A stretch of DNA of 63,677 bases, filler included, from Perkinsus chesapeaki ATCC PRA-425 (GCA_013115145.1; 8 parts of 8 records of this genome joined end to end with filler, not necessarily neighbours in it); one strand, 5' to 3'; positions 13,235 through 24,290 are shown, counted from the first letter of the whole stretch. Translations and numbers: made by a program. The notes: generated from the sequence alone by a model not told the origin.

Positions 13235-13854
13235 TTCCCATATTATCGACTACTCTTGGTTGTCCCGTTACCGGGCTTCCGCAGTTCAGATTTGTAGCTG
13301 ACATAGCGCATCGAGGTTTCTTACGCTGGTTGATAGTTTCGACTTGAAACTTCCGAGCTGGTCGTACATTTGCTGGCGGTAAACACTAAAAGGGTCATAT
13401 GCACATGGAAGTCCTTGGTGCAGGAGCTTGGGAAAGGGTAAAGCATGTGACCCTACAATGCTGGTTCTACACCGCTGGACGAATCAGGAACTCTGATTTG
13501 GGGTTGTTGAGCGATCTTTCAAGGATGAGCAAAGTCAGTAGGACACGTCACTAGCATATATGTGCATGCTTGTCGAGTAGTATCTTTTACCGCAATATTT
13601 AATTTCGTGCGAAACCCAATAATCATGCACGTGCGGCTATTTTCTTTCGCATTTCGTTCATTTTGTGTTTTTACTGCCACTGCGTTACTCTTCCCTTTAT
13701 ATAATATTGATTTGATAATCTGATATAGCATTGTTGCAACAGATTTAAGTAAATTTGTATTTTCAAGAAGCCAATACCGATACAGTATCGGCTGGCTGTG
13801 TTGTGTTTCTTGCTCCGTAACGCAACGGGGCGCTGAAGCTTGAATTGCATCATA

Positions 13855-15141
13855 ATGACAGTCAAACCTTCGGTTTTACTTCTATTTGGAATAACAGCAG
13901 CTTACACTGAAACGGAGGCGACAGCCTATCTGTCTGCCATATCACTAGAAGGCTTGAGAGATGGTTTCACACTTGACATTGAGGATTTAGTGCCTCCATT
14001 TAAAGCACTCTACAAAGGCCCTAGGAAGTCTGGAATTTTCCTAGATATTGGTGCGCATATGGGCAAAAGCACCAGTACGATGTTAGACAATCTCGAATCT
14101 GTTGTGGAGAGCCTACCGTACAAAGCCTTTCTGCCACTAGAACCGGTGGCCACAACTGTGGTGATTGCGTTCGAAGCAATCCCGTGGCTTTGTGAGATGC
14201 TGAAGCGAAAGTCAATACTCTTTGGCTGGAAATTGCTACAACCACTTCACGTAGAATGTGCAGCAGTCAGCAACGTCACTGGAGAAACAACGTTTTACTT
14301 CAAAAGCCCTTACGGACAGACAGCGTCGATGCTCCCGCGAAGAGATAACATCCCAAAGTTGCAGAGCATTGCCGTGTCAACCACTCGATTGGTTGATAAT
14401 CTCCGCGAACTAGAATACACTGCCTTGCCTGTCTTCCTCATGAAGGTTGATACCGAAGGCATGGATGGTTTGATCGTAGAAAGCGCTTTGAGCGATGGCA
14501 TCAAGCCAAGTATCATTATCTTTGAATACAGCCGAATGTGGAATGAACCCTCGGTGAACATTCACCTCGGTCATTTCGCCAGTAGGCTCCAGCGTCTGTA
14601 TGGTTATTACTGCTTTGCGGCAACGCGTTTGGGTATATGGGTGCCATTGTGGGGTCGTTGGTATACTGACATCGTGGATGGTGTGTATTCCTATGGGAAC
14701 GTTGTGTGTCTCGTTTGTTCGCCAGAATTCGGTCATTTATTATCGCAGCAGATAACGGATCCAGCAGCCCGAGTATTTGTGGTGAACGATTTCCTTGAAA
14801 AGTGCGGGCTGGAAACTCGCGACCCCGAAAGCCTTTACACGGAGCTTGACCACATATACTGGGGAGCCCTCAACGATACTGCATCTCTGGAGTGGCACAT
14901 GGCTTCCTTAGCTACCTATCGTTCTGATTTCGCTAGTGCATTCAAATGGTCTGAAAGTGCAGCAGCGAGAGGGCAGTTCGACGCAGAGTTTCTTGTTGGT
15001 CTTCATAACTATTTCGGTCTGAACCGCCGTGGAGTCGGCAACCGACAGAAGGGTATTTACTGGCTGAATAGAGCCGCTAGTAAAGGCCACGGTGGAGCAG
15101 CGTGGTTTTTGAACCGAGTGGGACTCATGCATGATCGATAA
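13855..15141 (+). CDS. FkbM-family SAM-dependent methyltransferase with C-terminal Sel1-like repeats and a signal peptide
   Basis: FkbM motifs FLDIGAHMG, VIAFEAIP, CAAVSN, MKVDTEG and IIFEY. Sel1 pattern AFKWSESAAARGQFDAEFLVG..QKGIYWLNRAASKGHGGA. Intronless. Confidence 0.8.
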   Translation: MTVKPSVLLLFGITAAYTETEATAYLSAISLEGLRDGFTLDIEDLVPPFKALYKGPRKSGIFLDIGAHMGKSTSTMLDNLESVVESLPYKAFLPLEPVATTVVIAFEAIPWLCEMLKRKSILFGWKLLQPLHVECAAVSNVTGETTFYFKSPYGQTASMLPRRDNIPKLQSIAVSTTRLVDNLRELEYTALPVFLMKVDTEGMDGLIVESALSDGIKPSIIIFEYSRMWNEPSVNIHLGHFASRLQRLYGYYCFAATRLGIWVPLWGRWYTDIVDGVYSYGNVVCLVCSPEFGHLLSQQITDPAARVFVVNDFLEKCGLETRDPESLYTELDHIYWGALNDTASLEWHMASLATYRSDFASAFKWSESAAARGQFDAEFLVGLHNYFGLNRRGVGNRQKGIYWLNRAASKGHGGAAWFLNRVGLMHDR

Positions 15142-15660
15142 ACGTTTGTTTGTACTGAGATGAGCAGATGCGTTGGTGGCTTCGCTCTGCCCCGCAGCCA
15201 CCATTGCTGCTCATATAGGCAATGGAGGGCAGGGAACGTGATTCGATATTACTCTGATAGGTTACATATGTTAATTGTGACTGTTGCAAATGCGTTAGTT
15301 ATCGGGCTCGATAAGACCGACTGAGCGGATATGGGAAGTGTTGTAATTTCGGTGATTCGCATCAGTTGTTAATTGATAGGGAGATGAGGATGTCGGTGTC
15401 TAACGCTACGGGCCCTAAGATATCTCAGGTATGAGTTGTGAGCTAGAAAGATGCTTTCGCAAATGAATATACGTCATGACTCATGACTAGCAATAATATG
15501 ACGGGAATAGTGCCGTATTGAATGGACGGAAAGTTGCCACGCTTGGCTAACTATAAATTATATAAGAAGTTACAAGTCATCCTTGAGCGCGTACTAATCG
15601 TTATCCCTCCTGCGTAGTGAGCTTACCCTCAAACGGTACTAATATTAACCCAATTTTCAG

Positions 15661-15787
15661 TTATGAATTCCTGGTTGGTTCCCCACCATTCGAGGATGAA
15701 TCTAAGAAGGCGACATATCAGAAGATTAAAAATGTCGATGTTAAGTTCCCAAGCTTCCTCAGCCGCCAAGCCATCAGTCTTATTAGA
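15661..15787 (+). CDS. Aurora-like Ser/Thr kinase C-lobe exon (fragment, cut by gap)
   Basis: Exon bounded by ttttcag and gtaaga, translating to YEFLVGSPPFEDESKKATYQKIKNVDVKFPSFLSRQAISLIR, which matches the Aurora subdomain IX-XI pattern. Confidence 0.6.
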
Positions 15788-15993
15788 GTAAGAGACCTTC
15801 ATCAATACATTATCGNNNNNNNNNNNNNNNNNNNNNNNNNNNNNNNNNNNNNNNNNNNNTTAATTAATTAANNNNNNNNNNNNNNNNNNNNNNNNNNNNN
15901 NNNNNNNNNNNNNNNGAGAAGGTCACTTGACGCTCACTGTGCATTTTACCTAGCTGAACACTCTCAGGCGAGAGTCTTCAACTCACATGAACG

Positions 15994-16069
15994 AATGTGT
16001 CTATGTGTGTATGTGTGTCTATTTGTCCATGTGTCCATGTGTCTATGTGTCTATGTGTCCATGTGTCTA
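15994..16069 (+). repeat. 8-bp minisatellite (ATGTGTCY)n, left part
   Basis: About 9 degenerate tandem copies are directly visible. Confidence 0.9.
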
Positions 16070-17163
16070 CAGTACCGCCGGTATCTTTCCATTGGAAAGA
16101 TTTGCCATTCGCGTCCATATCACACGACTTAGTAGACAGCAGTAACACAAAAACGACCACTAGCGATAACATAACGGTAAATATTGGCCCAACTTAATTA
16201 GCAACTTATATTGGCCCGCTTAACCAACAACATCAGCAACCAGATGCTGAGCAGGAGGTGTGTGAATGTATTTGTTTAATGCGAGATATATTTATTATTT
16301 ACAATAGGAGGACTAAAGAGGTGTGGAACTACAGTTTCGCTTTATTTACTACCAGTGAAGTGCTAGTGAAGCCCCTACTTTAGAAGATATCTGCGATGTG
16401 AGTACTTTATGAATATTGTTGAGGTATTAAACTTTCTTTTTTCAGATATCCCCATATATGATGAATTGTTCCAGTCTTAATAATGGTTTATTTGGGTTTA
16501 TGATGAAGTAAGTCAGTTGCATAGCACTGTGATATTTAGCCAAATCATCTGCAGGTTTCTGCCGTCAGTAAGTGAAAGTCATCCTTACCTGTTCTTTTTC
16601 GTCACTCAAGTCTCCTCCTCGCTCTCCTCTAATAAAAAGATCTCTTGTGTTACAGTGTAAATTATATGAATTATATTAAATTAATAATTATTCTCATTTA
16701 TTCAACTTGCTGCAGCCGCGACGAGGATAAATGGGCGATTGACGGGAAAAATGAAGGTACTACGGGTTTGAGACTCATACTATGAGATCAAAAACTCTGT
16801 GAGTGATTTACTTGCTGTCGCGTGTAGGACCTTTTTTCATACTTTATATTGCTATGAATACATTACTATGATTGCATTATTAATGCTTGCTTTTATTATT
16901 ATCGTCATTGCGCGACAGCAAGCCATGGCAATGGGTACCATCTCGTTGACGGATGTGCCTATGGAGGGTATGCACAGGTGTGTTTACGTAGCGAAAGCAC
17001 AGTGTTATGTTATATCTCTGACGGTGGAATCAGAGGAGACAGGACTCAAAGGAATAACACTCGAGATCTCATCTAGGGAGTTGATGCAATGGTTCATCAA
17101 TTCGAGAGTGTATGTGGTAAGTTTCTGTGTGTTGTAGGCGAATAATTATTTTTTTCATTTCAG

Positions 17164-17695
17164 ATGGAAATCTCCGAGATCAATCCGGCTACACTGTCGG
17201 CTGAGCCGACAGTGTAGCCGGATTGACATGAGCCGACGCGGCTCATGTTGACGAGATATGCGATATCGTGAATGCTAATGGTGGTTGGACGTTACACATT
17301 TGGCGTAAAGCGTCGCGCTCCGAAGACGGCATATTGCGTCCGCCTAAATACCACTTGGCGAAACTGGAGCCTAGTCCTATGAGCGATGGAATACGGCGAC
17401 AGTGTCTGCAGCTGAGGTATTACCTCATATTTAAATTCGCGCTTTCTATTCGTTCAAGTCTCGATTATATTATTAGTTGTATGTATTTGACTTTGTTTCT
17501 GTTTCAGATATAATGGAGAGCCTGCACAAAACAATAACGCCGCACAATAGCCAGCTAACAATGTTGGGCAAGGGCCCGCCGACAATGCTGGGCAGGGCGC
17601 CGCCGGCAATGCTGGGCAAGGTGCCGCCGGCAATGCTGGGCAAGATGCCGCCGGCAATGCTGGGCAAGGTGCCGCCGGCAATGCCATGCAAGACC
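17164..17695 (+). pseudogene. Two exons of a disrupted element-borne gene with (GNAGQGAA)-type repeats
   Basis: Exon 17164-17415 reads MEISEINPATLSAHVDEICDIVNANGGWTLHIWRK..QLR once the footprint is removed. It splices in phase to YNGEPAQNNNAAQ*PANNVGQGPADNAGQGAAGNAGQ.., with an in-frame TAG at 17548. Confidence 0.5.
17559..17692 (+). repeat. 24-bp tandem repeat x5.5 (CAATGCTGGGCAAGGTGCCGCCGG)
   Basis: Directly visible. Confidence 0.9.
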
Positions 17696-18280
17696 CACAT
17701 AATGGTAGGTTTCATTATCTGATGGTCCATTCCCACGAATAGCTATTCAGGCGGTCTGGCTGGTGTTAATAACGATGCAGCTGTTCCTAATGTAGGCCAG
17801 CTCCCAATTGGTGGTAAGATACTTTTCTGGTAAGTGAGATAACATTCTGTCCCGTAGGTGCAGGGCACGGTGCTAATCAACTTGCGGGGAACGAAAATAA
17901 TGTGCAAGTAGGATTGTTTACCCAAAAAGATAGACGACGAATATAACCCACTTTTCAGCCACCACACGGAGCAAATTTCAATGATGGTGGTAATGATGAT
18001 AACGGTGGCGGGGACAATGTAAAAGTAAGCATACAGTAATCTTGTGGAATATTGGGTTCTAACTTAGGATGAGGACTAACACTGCTGATAAGAAGACAGA
18101 GATAGAGTAATGAGAGATGATTTTATTTTTCCGTACAAAAAAACCCCAAAAACCATTTTCCAGCTCGAGTTGAGTTCACTGAACTCAGTTCAGTTAAAGT
18201 CAATTAGCTGCCAAGTCATTCCAGCATACCTAAGTATTAATGGATGTCTAAGTGTATTAATAGGAGGCATTAATGAGCAG

Positions 18281-18658
18281 GTCCTGTACACTCCAGCTTA
18301 TTTCGTTATTCGTTTACTCCTTTGTTACTTCGCGAGCTGAATGGTGATACCTAGTGAAGCATCATATAGGAGTATTGCAAAATCGCTGAGAATATCTAAC
18401 GTCATCGGGTCGTCAGCTGGGTTCAAGGAACGAGTAGAGGCGGCGGCGGAGTCCGCAGATCTGAGTATCACCGTCATCCGCAAGTATTTCCGGTCTAGTA
18501 GGGAGTACTTGCGGTATTACCAGGAAGGGAAAAGTATGGCAGAGATAGAGGAGCTCAGAAAAGCACGTCGCAAGCATCGAGGAGCATCGCCGATCATTCC
18601 TCAGCGTGATGACAACCAGGCCAAGCCGAGTTATAACCGGAATCGGTTACTCGAATGA
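18281..18658 (+). pseudogene. IS630/Tc1/mariner-like DDE transposase C-terminal remnant
   Basis: VLYTPAY...ELN (broken or frameshifted) resembles the LYLPPYSP[DE]LNPIE motif. It is followed by ITVIRKYFRSSREYLRYYQEG, which is like the C-terminal helix of such transposases. Recognised from memory only. Confidence 0.4.
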
Positions 18659-18949
18659 GCGAGCGGCTTCCTCTGGTGCTACTCGTGCAAGTAGCAACTT
18701 GTATTTAGCATTCATCAATAAGACTTGCGTTTGTCAAAATGGATTTAAGGTGACTAACTGCGCGGGTCTCGTATAAAATAGGTGCAGATTTTCACGTTTA
18801 CCTTTTTTTGAGTTGACGGACCGCTGTCCTATCCTACCGTGTAGATATATATATTAGGACTGTATAGGAGAAAAAATTACCTCAAAACTCTCATTTTTGA
18901 AGAAGTTACGGCTGCCCATCGATTCTCCCTCTCTAGATGACCGGTACTG

Positions 18950-19005
18950 TGTCTATGTGTCTGTGTGTCCATGTGTCTATGTGTCCATGTGTGTATGTGA
19001 GCGTA
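18950..19005 (+). repeat. 8-bp minisatellite (ATGTGTCY)n, right part
   Basis: Same unit and orientation as 15994-16069. Confidence 0.85.
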
Positions 19006-19826
19006 TGTCTGTTGTTGATATTTATGATGATGTTGAATTATAAGTGATTATCTTAAGAAAGTCGTTAACACTTCATTTGTACTGGTAATCTTTCATGAAT
19101 CCGCATGGAGAGCATTACTTGAAGTGACATTCATTACCTGAAACGGTGTGGTAGTCATTTGCTGACATCGACGCGACCTCCTTCCTGAGCCAGTAGATAA
19201 GTGTGCCTGAAGATTCTGTACCTTATAATAAACGGGTGTAATCTTTGGCGCTGTTGGCCATTGTTCCTATACTTTGGCGAGGACCGAGGTGACTCACCTC
19301 AGTTGAGCTGTCTAAACTCTCTTATGCAACTAACGTCGCTGAATTCGATTCTGTAGTCAGTTTTGACTCTAGAAATCATTAGTTGCCCTTCAAAAGTTGG
19401 GTATCAATGCCCAACTTTGGAAGGGCTTCTTCATTTCAACGCTGTTTTCAAATGACTCATCTCTTTCTGGATCGCCCAGGATGGGAGTAATATAACCTCA
19501 CACAAATATGTCCCTCGGGGATGAAGAAGTGTTCATTATAAGGGAATGCAATAGAATTCTCGCTGTAAAATGTGCGGTTCGGCCTAGCGGAAAGATCAAA
19601 TCCTTTTGAGACGATCTGATCTTCTTCTATGACACTTTTAAACTAGTAACACCCCATGGAACTGAGGGAAACGATAAGAGCGTTAAGCAAATAGCATCAT
19701 GGATGAAATGAAGGTGACAGTCACCCTTGACAGACACTCAATATCATCCGTAAACAAAGGAGAAGTGGCGATGCCTTGTCTGGGATGGCAGTCCTTGTTC
19801 TTAAGGAGCCTATCTGACTTCGCGCT

Positions 19827-20273
19827 CTATAGGGTAGGCATATCACTAGAAAGATTGAGGAATCCACCTTGGTAAGTCACGTTCATGTAATTCCCCTTGA
19901 TATCATAAAGCATATACCAGAAGTCCTCAGTATGATGCTTAGTATAACCAAACCTACCACAATAAGTCAGAGCATATTCCACCATGGCATCGTAGGTCTC
20001 ATTATCCATACCCATCTTATAAGCCTTGATGCCCGGTTTGGGAGGTAAAGGATAGGTGGGAAACGGCGTAGACGAAAAAGCATCAGCCTTATTGGTGCAG
20101 TTTAGGTAAGCTACTTGAACTCTAGCTTCTAGAACAAAGCCATACATGAGGGCATAATGATGGTCTTTATCGAAGTAGTGAACATAAGGCCCAGATGGAT
20201 AGGTGTCTGCTTGGGTCGTCACGGCCCAGCTCAACAAAGAACCTATAGCTGCTATGCATGTGAAGTAGTGCAT
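19827..20273 (-). CDS. Small secreted hypothetical protein (148 aa), paralog A
   Basis: Signal peptide, YPSGPYVHYFDKDH motif, intronless. Clearly homologous to 22468-22908. Confidence 0.7.
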   Translation of the reverse strand: MHYFTCIAAIGSLLSWAVTTQADTYPSGPYVHYFDKDHHYALMYGFVLEARVQVAYLNCTNKADAFSSTPFPTYPLPPKPGIKAYKMGMDNETYDAMVEYALTYCGRFGYTKHHTEDFWYMLYDIKGNYMNVTYQGGFLNLSSDMPTL

Positions 20274-22467
20274 TCAGACTGGTAACAACCTGATGAGATA
20301 TTGAACGATAATTGATTATTATGATGGTTCGATATTCAAATGAGGAGTGACTCCTGAGGAGTTGTGCGATGTCACCGTGACACGATCTGATAGCTGCCAG
20401 CACCCTGACCTCTATTAGAGAATCTCTAAGCTCCTACAACGGCATGAATCGCCACGTTAGTGTCGCAGACTTCGACTCGCAGGCGCATGTAGGTCTGAAC
20501 TACACCGTTTAGTCAATTCTAATTCTTTGCGAGAGCGATATTGGAGGAATCATTCGCGGTTGGGTAACTATCAAGCTTGCAGGGGAAAGATCTACGCTAT
20601 GTTCTAACCTGTGTGTCGTCATGATGGCCCTGCTACAGAACCATCCCATCTGTAGACTCATGGACTGCCGCGCTCGCCCGGTCCGGTGCTCTCCCCGTTA
20701 TTAAGGTTCTGTTAACAGCGTCGCTGTTATGAACAGTGCGCCTTAAAGTTCTTAAAGCTCTTGACAGCCGGACGTAGGTATTTCGCGACCTCTACTCGGT
20801 CACACGTATACGTGCATGTGGCAGCCGTTAGTCCAACAGAGTCTCATCCTTGCCTACGAATCAACCGCAAGTACCCACGATGTCAGAATCGAAATATATG
20901 GATTATGATTGCAAATTACGTTGCGTTATTTACTGTTCGTAATATTTAATTGCGAACTCTGCGAAATCTTGTTTCACTTTTACCTGCTACAACATTTGTA
21001 TTCTCTATTGCGTCTCGGACCGAGACTCTTGGTGATAAGACCCAACAGGCATTCAAACTATCCTTGAAATTCAGGTGAATCTTTGGGAACGGCGTCTGTA
21101 CTGTGGCGGCCGAATACTATAATATTTTCTTTGCAGACAGTCTACTCAAGTATCTGCTCCAGCTGGTATTTGATTTCGAGCACTCCAATTTCCGCCGCCA
21201 CTGAGCGCAGTACTTCGAGCTGATATTCAAGCTAGCGGCTAGCCGCTTTCTTGCTACTGGATATATAGCGAGTATAACAGGGCTCCCGCTGAGTTATATC
21301 TTTGCCGTTATGGCTGAAATAATACTGTAAGGGAATTAGCCGTGAATGAACGAGCATCAAGAATACTGAACGTGAGCTACCTACAGTATATTGCTGGTCA
21401 CCACCAGTAAGCGATTGCTTACTGGTGACCTTTTTCTCACACTTCTACTGGGAACATTCCCACATCATGTACGTACCCAAGCTAATTCTTAGATCGCATT
21501 GCAGAACCACTCTTGAACCTCGGGGGTGCTGAAGTGAGCGCCGCCGCCCCCTGATGGTGTGTGTGAATTTCAGGGTTTCATCACAAGCTTAACTCACTGA
21601 GTTTATAGTCCAACGCCAAAATTGGTTTAGTTAGACAATCCATACTATGTGCAGCTTCCGAACGAAACTTTAATACCTATACTGTTATTGCCACTGAATG
21701 GTTCACTCAAGGGAATGTTACTTGTGTTAAGAGATCATACTCCTCCTAGCAGAATTCACTTACGCAACCAAGGGCCTGATGCAACTCGAGTAAATACTTT
21801 CCGATGCAACCCGCCTTGAAGGCGCCGCCTGCCGGCGCCCATTGTTCGAAATTTGCGCGGCCCTTAAAACTAAAAACGATCAGCGGAAGCAATCGCCGAG
21901 TACCAAAGCAACTCCAATCGACAAGTGAAAACAGATTGAAGGAATCTAGACTAGCTCATAGTCCGTTTAGTGGACTTCTACACCTAAGGATATGATTACC
22001 TATAGGAAGCGAACGTAGATGGGACCGATAGAACTTCTCTGCGCACAAAGAAACTCGGAACGCTTCGCCAGACTTCTTCTATCGCGCAAGCTCAGGGTGC
22101 ACCTCGCACAAGATATGGTTCAAGTTGCTTCGTGAGATCTTACTAGAAGATGTTATATTAATCACAGAGATCGGTGTTTCCGGGATCCTGCCGGCACGAA
22201 GAGCTACTGCTGTGTGTGATCTCTAGCGGGTCCCTTATGATTAGCGCGATATCTGCCAAAAGGTTGGTTCCAGCTGGAATAAGTGCTGCACCGCCCCAGA
22301 AAATGCCATGCACTCAGAGGACACATCGCGCTACTAATTGAGACTTCCGAGGGCTGAATCTCTCTGGCCTTGATCACAGTTTTTCGGTGAGGTCGTAGCC
22401 AGAGCCTTCTGCATCGATACCCATCTCATTCAGCAATGTACCGATTCAGTTGTTATTTTCTGTTAAA

Positions 22468-22908
22468 ATGTATCACTTCTTCACCTTGACAATCGCAGCG
22501 TCTTTGTTGAACTGGTCAGTGATAGCCCAGGAAGACCCTTTTCCAGCAGGCACTTACCTTCACTACTTCGATAAGGACCACCTATACTCCCTCCGTTATG
22601 GCTTTGTTCAACGTGCTAGTATTGCAATAATTACTCTTAATTGTACCGATAAGGTTGAAGCTTTTGGGCCAAATGATTTCCCGAATCTACCGGTGTCTAG
22701 CCCTAAGCCCGGTATACTAGCCTATACTATTGGTTTTGATGACGCCGGCTATGCTGCTCTGGTGAAATATGCTTTAACCTACTGTTGCAAGTTTGGATAT
22801 ACGTGCCATCGTCCAAAGGATTTCAGGTATCTTTATTATGATACCCAGAAGGACAATATGAAAGTGACTTACAGAGAGGGCTACCTTCAACTCTCGAGTC
22901 AGGTGTAG
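22468..22908 (+). CDS. Small secreted hypothetical protein (146 aa), paralog B
   Basis: Signal peptide, with FPAGTYLHYFDKDH, LNCT, PKPGI and YALTYC shared with paralog A. Confidence 0.7.
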   Translation: MYHFFTLTIAASLLNWSVIAQEDPFPAGTYLHYFDKDHLYSLRYGFVQRASIAIITLNCTDKVEAFGPNDFPNLPVSSPKPGILAYTIGFDDAGYAALVKYALTYCCKFGYTCHRPKDFRYLYYDTQKDNMKVTYREGYLQLSSQV

Positions 22909-24290
22909 ACGTGCTGGACTGCGACAGAGAGTTTTTAAAGAATGTCGACCAGAGTTATAATCATGGCTTCGCTTAGCGAAATTCGCCATTGTGATTGTAG
23001 ATGCGTTACCTCGAGGTTTGAGGGTCTCGCGTCTCAGTCGGTACAGATATCTTTGTTTCGGACTACTATCACCTTGGCTTAACGCTTTAACCATGTTTGC
23101 TTGTCGTGGTGTTGTAACTACGTAGTTTCCGTGTGGGATTGCAGGCATCGTTCTCTCTCGAACTACGAGTAATGTTGACAATACGTTCTGTAGGATGTGA
23201 ATTCAATCCAACATACCGCGCCCAACATTAGGCTTGAAAACACTGAAGTCAAGCGGCTTGGCTACTGTATGGGGCTTGGCTCAAGCCCCATACAGAAGGA
23301 ATCGGCATAGTTGTAATTTGCTGATAACTTGCGGTGTACACTGAATTCAACATGACGTTGACAACATTCCGGGATTCATACAGTACGACTAGCCTGCGAA
23401 ATTGACCGGTGATTACTGACATCAAATCTTGTGAGTTGTTGCAATATTACTAGTGACACTGATCATGACAAAAAGGCCACCAAGAAGGAAACTGATGTTG
23501 TCGTTACCAACCCGCGACAAGTTACTGACCAAAGACTTCGAAGATCCCTTCATAGGCTCAGCGATATAGTCGGTGGTACAGATTCTGTATCCCAACTCCG
23601 TGTCGTCTAAGCACAATCCGAGTGTGTGTTCAATTTTCGGACATGTACCATTCTAACAACCTTTTCAAACATGTTGGCTTCTGGCAAAGATGCTAAGTTT
23701 TGCTTGTTTACTCTAAGAACTTTACGAACGATTTCGGTTGGTGTTTTTGCCGTTCCATCCAGGATGCATCCGTCCTTCTAGATTTCCTACACGATCGATT
23801 CACGCATATCTTACAGAGTTTGTATTACAAGCGCAGCTCGTAGAGTCACTGTAGCTTACCTGACCAGTGGCTTCGAGATTTCTTGAGCCAGTAATATAAT
23901 AGACTCAATCTACCCTGGCCGCGTCCGTGCTGCTCGGCCATCGGATACATCCTTCTAGCTACTTCACCAACCCGTGACTTGTTCCAGGGATTTGTTCGCC
24001 TTTCTTCTGTATGTTATAATGGAAGTATTATCGAAACTTCAACTCTACTCGAGCACTATATTGTTATGAACAACAATCACACTGCGTGACACACATCCCA
24101 TACATTTTTACTAACAATTTGTTAGAAATCTTAAAGATGGGCGTTGTCGTGGATCGACTTCCTGAAAGGAACCGCATCACGTCGCTGATGAACAAGCTTT
24201 CAATCTCACAATCGAATGGCTCTGCTATACGCCCACGAAAGGGCTCTATCAAAAGCCGGCCTGTTGTTGTCTTGTTGCCCACGGATGTAG

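Larger units (their letters stand above)
16070..18949. mobile_element. Decayed ~2.9-kb DNA element inserted in the minisatellite
   Basis: Ends are CAGTACCG...CGGTACTG, flanked by TGTCTA on both sides. Removing the element restores the 8-bp array phase. It carries AT-rich-intron gene remnants and a Tc1/IS630-like C-terminal fragment. Confidence 0.45.

Noticed and set aside
15860-15871. TTAATTAATTAA repeated seven times in the window
   Set aside because: Artificial scaffold linker, not biological.
12641-17692. Regularly spaced repeats as possible CRISPR arrays (12.7-kb array, 24-bp repeat)
   Set aside because: No unique spacers and no cas genes in a eukaryotic context. They are tandem degenerate repeats.
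23274-23285. CTTGGCTCAAG matching the 3' end of the dinoflagellate/Perkinsus spliced leader (also a 10-nt reverse match near 23882)
   Set aside because: Only 10-11 nt match with no upstream ACCGTAGCCAT. The first is explained by the palindromic scar.
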